DNA of 64,000 nt. Origin: Octopus sinensis. Lineage: Eukaryota. The stretch lies in the NCBI RefSeq assembly GCF_006345805.1, contig NC_043000.1, forward strand, positions 15,934,001 to 15,998,000. The letters are read 5' to 3'. The notes below the pieces were generated by a model. The model made no database searches and was not told where the DNA came from. It saw only the letters and a list, made by a program, of their open reading frames with translations. Shown here one piece after another: positions 22,794 through 64,000 of the stretch (within the stretch, counting starts at the first letter, position 1; every line of letters starts with the position of its first letter). The position numbers and the translations under genes were made by a program.

Positions 22794-23589
22794 TTAACCC
22801 TTTCGTTACTGTATTTATTTTGAGATGCTCTGTGTTTCTTTCAATTACTTTATATATAGCAAAGAATTTAGTAAAATAACTTAGTTATCATTCAGCTAGT
22901 GTTAGGAACATAAATTGTGACTAAGGTTTGCTGGAAGATTTTAATTTAAAACTTATGAAAACAAGACATTTGTACTCAGAGCCAGAGGTGGTTTCAGTCG
23001 GGTTGGTAATGAAAGGGTTAATGTACACGTGTTGTTAAACTCCAAGAGCTGCAGTCTTTTGTCTGGAAAAGATTCCTTTAACCCTTTCATTACCATATTT
23101 CTTTTGAGGTGCTCTGTGTTTTTTTCAATTACTTTAAATATAACAAAGAATTTAGTAAAATAACTTAGTGATCATTAAGCTAGTGTTAGGAACATAAATT
23201 GTGACTAAAGTTTGGTGGAAGATTTTAATTCAAAACTTATGAAAACAAGACATTTGTACTCAGAGCCAGAGGTGGTTTCAGTCGGGTTGGTAATGAAAGG
23301 GTTAATGTACACGTGTTGTTAAACTCCAAGAGCTGCAGTCTTTTGTCTGGAAAAGATTCCTTTAACCCTTTCATTACCATATTTCTTTTGAGGTGCTCTG
23401 TGTTTCTTTCAATTACTTTAAATATAACAAAGAATTTAGTAAAATAACTTAGTGATCATTAAGCTAGTGTTAGGAACATAAATTGTGACTAAAGTTTGGT
23501 GGAAGATTTTAATTCAAAACTTATGAAAACAAGACATTTGTACTCAAAGCCAGGGCCGGTTTCAGCCGGGTTGGTAACAAAAGGGTTAA
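22794..23589. mobile_element. Three tandem TTAA-MITEs (22794-23021, 23078-23305, 23362-23589) separated by identical 56-bp spacers
   Basis: TIRs on each copy; 284-bp period. Confidence 0.85.
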
Positions 23590-24466
23590 ACAGGGAACAA
23601 GAAAGAGAAAACACGGAACGCATTAAAACATCTGCTATCAAATGAGTCAGCATCGCCAAAACAATTCTGCCAAAAACGCCTCATGCCTTATCACTTATAA
23701 CATTTGGTGTATATAACTGACAAGACAGAGAGGACAACCAAACTAGTGGAGTGTTGCTAACAATGTCAACAACAGTCAATGTTACTGACATTTGAAATGG
23801 CGACAATAGAAACTAGAGCAGCAGCTGCTTTGCAATCTGAGAAATGACATTAGATGCTAGAAATTGCAACGTTTTATTTGTTAACTCGGCTGTTTGTCAT
23901 GGCTTACAGAAATTCTTGCATCAGGATAAGAATTTGCCACAAGTGTTGAATATTTATTAGCGTCATTATCATCATCACTGTTTAACACTAGCATGGATTG
24001 GATGAGTCAACAGGAGCTGGCAAGAAAGGGAGTATGCCAGGCTCCAGTGTCTTCTTTGGTATGGTTTCTACAACTGGATACCTTCCCTAACACCTTTCCT
24101 ACTCTCCTATAATAAATGTTATTGCATATGTATGTTGATTTTCCTTTTTGGTCTGAATGAAGGGGCTTTATCTATGGCCTTTGCAGATCTAAGAGATTTG
24201 CGGTTGATGCAACTAATGTTCTTGAACAGCTGCAAGTAAAACATGGCTAAAGTGGGGCATTAATAATATTCCTGCATTTTTTCTCCCCTACTAACAGATG
24301 TCCTTCCAGCTGATAATCCTTACTTATTTATCAAGTAAGGACCTCTTATATTTCCTGTGTTCCAAGGAACAAAGCTGGCAAATAATTTTTTCACAGGGGA
24401 AATGACAATATCACTGCCTGTAGCTTACAAGTTCTTAAGAACCACAAATGTATACAAACACATACA

Positions 24467-24514
<48 letters not shown>

Positions 24515-26933
24515 AATATGTATACAAGGGGCTTCTTTCAGTTTTTGCCTACCAAATCAACACAAGGCTTTGACCAGTGTTGTGCAGTGGGACTGAACCC
24601 AACACCATATGGTTTGTAAACAAACTCCTTAACTGCACACCCATGCCTGCAACTTATACATATATAAAACATGGGCAAGGAGGAACCACCTATATAAGTA
24701 TGTGTGTGCATGTCTGCACCCATGCACATATAACCATGTGCTAGCAAAGGTTTGTGAGCCTACAACAACTCAAGTAAATTACAGAATATGTACCATATAC
24801 CATTATGCATGACTCATACACAGTCAAATCTATAATGTTCCACTCAAGATCAAGTAACCAACATGCCTACTTAACTCCAGGTAAGTTGATGCCAGGTTGT
24901 AAATGTTTCAAGCAATTCCTTAGCCCACAGAGCTGAGTTTCACTCACATCACATACAGAAGAGAAGACCTGTTGGTGGATATATTTCAATTGAACTAGCA
25001 AGGGTGAGTTGCAGTATAACAGATACACACACACAAAACTATACAACTGCATTATGTTAAAATCACTGTGATCATTAGAAACATATGCATTTGTTGTAAT
25101 CACTTTTACTTTAATATAGTCTTCCATTTACCAGCTGGTAACTGATAATTTATTCCACTGTATCCCAGCTTTAGTGACCAGGCTGTAGATTTACAACAAA
25201 AGACTGGTACCTATAATTTACATATACCTACACACATGAATATTAATAAGCTGAAAGTGAATCCAATAGTGTTTGGGACATTTAATGGCTATAATGATCC
25301 TACCATGATGTAGTTGGTTTAGCCCTAATGGATAATCTCAGATCAAACCACTTGAACACGTGCCACTCACAAATACGTGTGTGTGTGTGCCATTGCTTGA
25401 TCGTTTCTTTTTTTAAATATGAGCAGCATAGATTTGGCAATAATGGTTGCTTTTTGCAGCAGGTTTTCAGAGGACTTAAACTACCCGTGCTGCTGGCACA
25501 TCTTCATTCCATTATGGATTTGGGGGGGGGGATGCTTTTTCAGTATTGTATGCAAAACATAACACATATGCTAAGCCTGAAGTTTTTTAAAATTAAAAAA
25601 CAAAAAGGCCTTGTGCAGGCCCAATCTCACTCTCTGAACAACATATGTATTTGCCCAAAAAGAAGAACAAGTCTACATCACTGGATAGGAACAGACTTTC
25701 AGATGTTACAATAGAGCCTTCACTCTTCCAGAAACATTTAAACAAAGAATAGGGTTCTCTCTCTCTCACACATATACATGTATCCAGGCCTATTACACAT
25801 TTTTTTAGGAGGTAGCCACAGTAAGACACACACCAGGCATTCCGTTCATTTCCCAGCTCAAAGGGCTGAGCTCCGTTCTATCCACGGGTCAAGGCATAGA
25901 AAGCAACCCCCAATATCTCTCTCTCACTCACATACATACACAGCAGTCTAGGATGATTCAGTCACATCCTGCCACAAGTGTTTCCCAGTACTCCACAGGC
26001 AAGGTACTTAACTCTTAATAAGCTTGAGCACCTAGCTACCAGTATAATGCACCCTTGTAAGCAATGGTATCATTTCACAATTGGAGAGTATTACACTGCT
26101 TGTAATACTTGATTTTAAATTCCACCCCGACCCTGGGTATGGCCCTATAAGAAATTAGATCCTACATTTATCTGTATGGCCATGATATACCATGGCTGTT
26201 ATCATAATCTTTGACATACATGTATGAGGATAGAAGACATTCTGATGTCTGAGTATATATAGTGTGTGAATTGTGTGTATGAAACATTTTTTTATGTTAT
26301 ACAGAAGAGCTCTGGTTTTGTGAGAGGAAGAAAATGATGGTGTAAGACTTGATCCAACACACCACATTACAAGTTCAAATATTGAATGCAGTAAAAACGA
26401 ATGAATCCTAATGCTATTTCAACCCAGGAATTTGACCTACCAAAGTAACAAACAACTGACTGTTGTATATTTAACCCAAATCCCTAACACCTGAACCAAA
26501 TCCATCAAACCTTTGTGCAAGTTATGACAGCAAATCGCAAGATACTTTAGTTTCAATTTGACATATACATCAAAACACACCACATTTGTGTGGCCTGTCC
26601 TCTAAAAGACATGAACTCTGTAACAAACACCTGGCAACTATTTGACTACATCAACCAGACTTTAATGTTCTTGTTACCAACTTAACTGCCCTGCCATTCT
26701 CTCTCTCTCTCTTCCTCACATCTCCGCATTAACGAAGAAGTAGGGATCAAAACAATAATGTAGTAACTATAACTCAGACACTACACAGTAGAATTATTGT
26801 TACAGCACATTCCAGTTAAGAATAAACAATCATTTATTAATGCCCTAAGGTTATTAACCCTTCACTGTTTTCAAACTTTTCTCTCTCACTCTCATACACC
26901 CTTATGAAAACATGAAACAAAGCTAAAATTTTC

Positions 26934-27162
26934 TTAACCCTTTCATTACCGTATTTATTTTGAGATGTTCTGTGTTTCTTTCAATTAATTTTAAATATAA
27001 CAAAGAATTTAGTAAAATGACCTAGTTACCATTAAGCTAGTGTTAGGAACATAAATTGTGACTATGGTTTGGTGGAAGATTTTAATTTAAAACTTATGAA
27101 AACAAAACATTTGTACTACAGAGCCAGGGCAGTTTCAACCGGGTTGGTAATGAAAGGGTTAA
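26934..27162. mobile_element. TTAA-MITE
   Basis: TIRs and shared internal consensus. Confidence 0.85.
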
Positions 27163-30100
27163 TACTACTCTTTTTTTTTAATACACTATTATATGACATT
27201 AAATGATGCAGCTGGCTTTTTGTGTTGTTGTTTTAAAGGAATAGGAACATACTTCATACATACATATTCCTCCAGTATAGCCTTATATGTGATGGACAAA
27301 CTAAAGAACTAAAAATTATCTGCACACCATTCTATTTTTTAATAACCATTCTAATTAAACAAATGGTTACATAAGTGGTTATGAAATTGTGACATCTCAA
27401 GACATTTCCTTTTTATTTCCTACTGGTTTAGCATGAGAGAAAAAGGGAGAGAAGTGAGTGTGCTTCATAGGAGGGATAGGCTGTGTTAGGTCAGGGCAAC
27501 TAGACACAGATGTATGTGTAACTGCTATATATGTGTGTGTTTGTGTTAGGCCAAGATATAAATGGAGAATAATTTTTTTTTTTTTTAATGCTTTGAAAGC
27601 TAAAAATTCTTAGTGTCTAAGTATTATCAATTAATATCAGTTATTAACACACCAACAAAGTATTAGACAATGCCCAATTTTCATACAATGAAAAGAATGA
27701 AACAATATGTAGACACTGCTGCAGTGTTTAGTGGCATTAAAGTTTGGCTTTGTTAGACACTGCTGTGCTGTTTCATCTGACATTGATAAACTTAATCTAG
27801 TAAAATGTCTGATACAAAGGAAGATGCTATTTTGGACTTGACAAACTTATGTGAAGAAATTACATCCAAAGTCCACCTCTATTGGAAAACGCCAGCCTGT
27901 TGAAGAGTCTGCAACTCTGAGTTTAATCTTAACAAACACTTCAGCACCACACACAGTCCAAGAATTCTGTCTACAAGAGCTCAGAGAAACAAAAAGACAG
28001 TTCATGTGTCTGACAAATAGTGAGAAGAAAAATAAAATTTTTGAAAATGAAAATAAGCCAAAACCCAGATATATAAGTTGTGAGTGTAAATAACAGTCTA
28101 ATAGAAGTCATAATAGAAATGGAACAGTAATTTCAACCAAAATGTTTGAAGATTTTTCAATCATTTTACATTCAACATAATTTCACCAAATAAAAGAAAA
28201 TTCTTTTTTTTTTTTGTTTTCAAAAGGACGAAAAAAAAATTTTCTGAGGTCAGCAGTAATTGTAAATGTTTGCTTTGTCTCTTCCTCCTCTTCACTTTAA
28301 GTAAAGAATTGAAGATTAAAAACTAAAGACAGACAAGACAGGGAGAAGAAAAAAGTGTTTTTGTATTTTAAACTATCTCCTCCAGTTGCTTAGTTGAGTA
28401 CAATACTATAAAACATGTTAAACACAAGAAATGAGATGTGGTGTGTATATGTGTGTGTGTATAGCAGGTACACATAAAAAAAAAAAATCAATGAATATTT
28501 CCTTTCACATAATCAATAAGGTGTGTTAGATTGGATGGCTGAAATATCCAGCCACGATTTTTGGAACATAAATAGATAATCTATTCTAATTACACTAAAA
28601 CATGAAAAATAATAGCAACAGCAGTGATGCTGGTAATGTGTGACAGTAACTGATAATGCTAGTGATGAAGATGATGATGATGATATGATGACAATGATGA
28701 TAATGATGACAACAATAATGCTGATATGTCCTTAAATGATTTGATGCTGGTTACAACACACTCCAGTATCCCTAGTTGAGTGATTTCCTTCCAATGGATT
28801 CCATAAAAAGACGTTGGAAAAATTAAACACAATAAAGCTATAACCGTGCTATTTACTGTATCTCTTATACAGTCAGGTGGTGATATACTGAATAATGTAT
28901 GTTAAAAATTCTTATTGAATTGAAATTTGTCTCTTAGTTGAAGAAGGAAAACAAATGCCTAGTGATAATTGTCAGTTTTAAAAAAAAAGTGGGGGAAGGA
29001 GATAATTTAAAGAAATTATGTTAATATCTGTATCATTTGTGTTATATCACTTGAATATAGAAATCCATTCATTTTCTGTTTCTTTGCCATATCATCTGGA
29101 AATAGAATGTTTATTGCAGAAATTGTTACTAGAATTTTTATTTCCTTATCGAGGTGCAAAAAAAAAAAAATCAATGCAGCACGAAGTTTTGTCAGTGAAC
29201 ATGTCGCGGTCTCAAAGCGACAAAAATATTTTGACAAATTAAATTTAAATGTTGAAGTGAATCTAACAGTTTTTTGTGTTTCTTAAATGGCTTACAAACA
29301 CCTTCCATGCTGCAATTGCTTTCATTCCAGCACACGATCTCAGATCAAGTCACTCGCTATGCAAGTACATCTCTGTAAAAAAAAAATATTTTCTGGAAAG
29401 TAAAAGTTCTGACAAATAAAAGTGAAAACAATTAGCACTATGTTATGATTTTAAAGTATGTCACTTTGGGTAATAAACAAAGAGCGCATATCATTTCCCA
29501 GTATGCGAAAATAACTAAAGCAGGGATGCAGAATATGTGGGGTGCAAAATAAAATGCTGTTTTAGCCCTGTTAATGCTGTTTCTGACAATCAAAACTTAA
29601 CATCTGAATATGTGTCGTTATGTAGGCATGTCTGGATGTTGTTAGAAGATTAGCAATTGTGCTTCAGTGCCGTTTATCGTATATTTGTCAATCAGTAAAA
29701 TAATCATATAAACTAGTTAACGTAGAGAATGATTAAAAAAATTAAAAAAACCCAAAACAACCAACTCTGCAGCACACATTAACAGAATTGACCAAATTTT
29801 GGAAAATTGGGCTGGGGTATCAAGTGTAAGGTTGAAATTATAGGAAAATGAAAATTTGTTAGGAGCAAATAAAGTTGGAACGAGATAATATATATTTTCC
29901 TCAATAAAGAACATTATTCTCCAGCTGCTGCAATGTCAGATAATTCAGAGACATTGATGCAAATTAATTAATTCGAAGTTTATATCAATACATCACGAGA
30001 ATTAAGTATTACTTGGTTGCTGGTGTGTGTTTAAAGAATTGCGGACTATTTGAAAATTCAACTCCACCATCGACCACAAATTACTGACATGGTTGCTATA

Positions 30101-30263
30101 TAAAGTTGAGGAATGAAATATTTTATTTCAAGCTATTGTTTAAATATGAACTAATTTACTGTATTGTCAAGAAATCTTTTTTAAATGTTGTCATCATCAC
30201 CAATATTGAATTATGTTTATGTGTGTGAGTGTGTGTCTCTGTACATATATATATGTGTGTATA

Positions 30264-30307
<44 letters not shown>

Positions 30308-30399
30308 TATATTAATGTTTGTTTTTATGTTCAGTTCTAATACAAACAATTTTACATTAACATGACGGCTTTACTCTATACTTTTGTAGAGTACAAATT

Positions 30400-30530
30400 T
30401 ATTACTCTTATACAAGGATGTTGTTAACTGTGACTTTGAAGTTTTGGCTAGCTAAACCATTGTTGGACAATGGCTTAGCTGGTCGAAACTCCAAAGTCAC
30501 TGTCAACAACATCCTTGTATAAGAATAATA
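30400..30530. repeat. 131-bp imperfect palindrome / fold-back
   Basis: About 63-bp arms with roughly 8 mismatches and a 3-5 nt loop. Confidence 0.9.
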
Positions 30531-30777
30531 TACAGACACACACACACACACAGATACTTTTTTACTGTTTTATATCCATTTTCCATGCTAGTATGGATGG
30601 GATGTTTCGGAAGAAAACAGTGAAAAGAAATATATGCAAAACAAAACAACCAGTCAAAGAGGTGACGGTATCAATCTTTCGGTAGTATTAGTAGTTCACA
30701 TCTATGGTAATATTAATGTCATTTCTTAACAATGCTACTTTTAACAAAACATTTTTACAACGACCTCAGTAACCACA

Positions 30778-30823
<46 letters not shown>

Positions 30824-30830
30824 TATATAT

Positions 30831-30863
<33 letters not shown>

Positions 30864-31906
30864 TGGTTAAATGTCCTTGATGTTGAAGTTGTTTGATCTT
30901 AATTCACTTCCTGCTCCTACATCCTGATTGTCAAAACATAGACAAAAAAATTAATAAAATAATAATAATAATAAACAATGAAAAAATTTTTAAATTACTA
31001 AAATTAACAATTAAAAAAAAAAAACCCCACTGAAACAGCCTAAATATTTGCTTTAAATATTAAAGAAACTATTCACAACTTTCTGTAGAGTAAAATAAAG
31101 ATTTTTCCTTTTCAATAAAAGTTATGTAAGAATTTGGTATGCCTGGTAATTTTGTTCATGAAATATGGAATATGATATGGTATTTGTTTTGGTTTTAATT
31201 CAATGAATTGTATGATCAAGATTGGAATAACAGAAAAAAAAAATTTAAATGCGGATAAAATGATATTTGGGGGAAGAAAAAAAAAGATTTAAAAAAATTA
31301 GATGAAAAAATTTTTTTTTAAATTTTCATTAATACTTTTTTTTCTCTAAAATAAGGAAGAAAGCTTAGGATTTTAAATTGTAATAAATGTAATTTAAAAT
31401 TACACCATTACTTTGTCTTAGAAAGGAAACAATTTGATCCTAACAGTAGAAAAATATCCGTAGCTAATGATGTTTGTTATACGTGTATGACACTGATTGA
31501 CATTGAATTATCGAAGGAAAAAAAAAACAGAAAGAAAAAGAAACAAAGTTACAAGAGAGTGTGGGAAGGGATGAATGACATTTTTTTTCTTCTTCCACTT
31601 ATTGTTCATGTGTTGTAGGATATTAGGGAGATGAAAATGAAGACAAGGCAGCAGAATCGCCAAGCAATCTGTGATGCCAAAGTTAATGTAGAAATGGTGG
31701 TAGAATGCCAGAAAGAAAATGTCCTTTTCCAGCCTGAATTTTTCTTTTTTTTTTTTAATATTTCTCTTTAGAATTTATATTTCTATATTTTTACTTCTCT
31801 TCCCCCTTTTTTTTCTTTCCTTTTTTGGTTAGATTCTTTCATTACATTTTTTTTTTTTCAGTTAATTTTTTTTTAAATTTCATTTATTTATTTTTTTGTT
31901 TTTGTT

Positions 31907-62767
<30,861 letters not shown>

Positions 62768-63255
62768 CTACAAAATCAAGGACAATAGAATTATTTTCTT
62801 AATAGAAACAGAAAGGAACGGGGGAAGAATCAACAAACTTCTGGATTATTAGATGCTTATCAAACCAAAGAGGGAGACTCTAAGTGGTTGCTTAGCCTGC
62901 TAAAAATAGCAGCAGACATCTCCCTGAATCACACTCATCTTAACATAAACTTTTCCATGCTCGCATGGGTCAGACAGAATTTGTAGATGTAAATTTTCTT
63001 GTCAGTTTCCAAGCAAGGCCAGACATACTTTCCACAGAAAGCTGGAAATGACTGACACTGTGTAACAGTGGTACTCATTTACAACTTTCATGTCATATCA
63101 AAACAAAGAGACAGAAACACACACGCACACACACACACATTACATTTTCTATCAACAAAATCCACTCACAAGGTTTTGCTCAGCTCAGTGGGGGTCATGC
63201 AGTAGGATTGAACCCCAAACTATCTGGTTGGAAAGCTAACTTCTTAACCACATAT

Positions 63256-63483
63256 ATTTCTTTACTACCCACAAGGGGCTAAACATAGAGGGGACAAACA
63301 AAGACAGACAAACGGATTAAGTCGATTACATCGACCCCAGTGCGAAACTGGTACTTAATTTATCGACCCCGAAAGGATGAAAGGCAAAGTCGACCTCGGC
63401 GGAATTTGAACTCAGAATGTAACGACAGACGAAATACGGCTACGCATTTCGCCCGGCGTGCTAACGTTTCTGCCAGCTCGCCT
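63256..63483 (-). mobile_element. SINE family B monomer
   Basis: Consensus match. Confidence 0.85.
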
Positions 63484-63699
63484 GTACCTTTTCACAAAGT
63501 CCCTCCCATACCAAAAAAAAATACAAAACATATAACATAGTCTGGTATATATTGTGCTTGAACATACAAGATGGTAATGGGTGAAATAGCTCTGATCAAG
63601 TGAAGCTATGGTGGTCTGCTTGATCAGAATTAAACAACAACTCAATGCTTATCATCCAGTTCCACAAACCACCAGTGTTCAGATTATTCTATCAGACAT

Positions 63700-64000
63700 A
63701 ATGCTTATTGATTCCTATTGATTTGAATTAATCATGCATTATCTCATATCTTCAAGATCTTGATGGTGTAATCACTTAATGTAGAATAACATTGTAGGGT
63801 AGGTGTGAGAGCCTGGATCTGGTCAGTTTGAACATAAAACAGATTAACTATTTTGGCCGGATATGGCCGGTTTAAATACTAAAGGGTTAAGCTGGAAACC
63901 TAAACTCATCAAGATGAGAGATTAGAAACCCAGAACTGACTGTATGTAAGTTCCAATCCAATATTCTGAGTAAATGATTTTAACCCTTTAGCGTTTAAAC
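63700..64000. mobile_element. Second TTAA-MITE family: right end at 63890, new copy starting at 63980 (related partial copy about 42690-42818)
   Basis: tttaaatactaaagggttaa and ttaaccctttagcgtttaaac termini. Confidence 0.6.

Noticed and set aside
22794-23589. Repeat-spacer-repeat pattern as CRISPR
   Set aside because: Repeats are 228-bp MITEs and the spacers are identical
27806-28093. Two adjacent + frames that could be one frameshifted ORF
   Set aside because: No recognisable domain; compatible with AT-rich UTR or intergenic sequence

Overview
AT-rich, repeat-dense eukaryotic genomic DNA. The SINE, MITE and microsatellite landscape looks like a coleoid cephalopod, probably Octopus (inference). 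Two intron-rich genes face each other tail-to-tail, and both 5' ends lie outside the window. (1) On +, the last 8 coding exons (935-14172, 339 aa) of an AidB-type acyl-CoA dehydrogenase with an intact IWEG catalytic motif. (2) On -, the last 4 recognisable coding exons (62767-31907) of an APLF-like protein with tandem PBZ poly(ADP-ribose)-binding zinc fingers and an acidic DEDSEWEP tail; one 23.3-kb intron splits PBZ2. The rest is several tRNA-derived SINE families (many with clear target-site duplications, TSDs), a (GAT)n-tailed retroelement with an internal VNTR, TTAA-flanked MITEs, a degenerate mariner with nested SINEs, CR1/RTE/RLE-type LINE fragments and long simple repeats. Nearly all ORFs in the supplied track are repeat artefacts. 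Most notable: a decayed copy of the gene's own catalytic exon inside a retroelement, an HDV-like ribozyme candidate in a TSD-flanked GC-rich insertion, hammerhead-like motifs, a skippable symmetric PBZ exon, and combinatorial SINE modules. No CRISPR, tRNA or rRNA genes are supported. All alignments and folds were done by eye.
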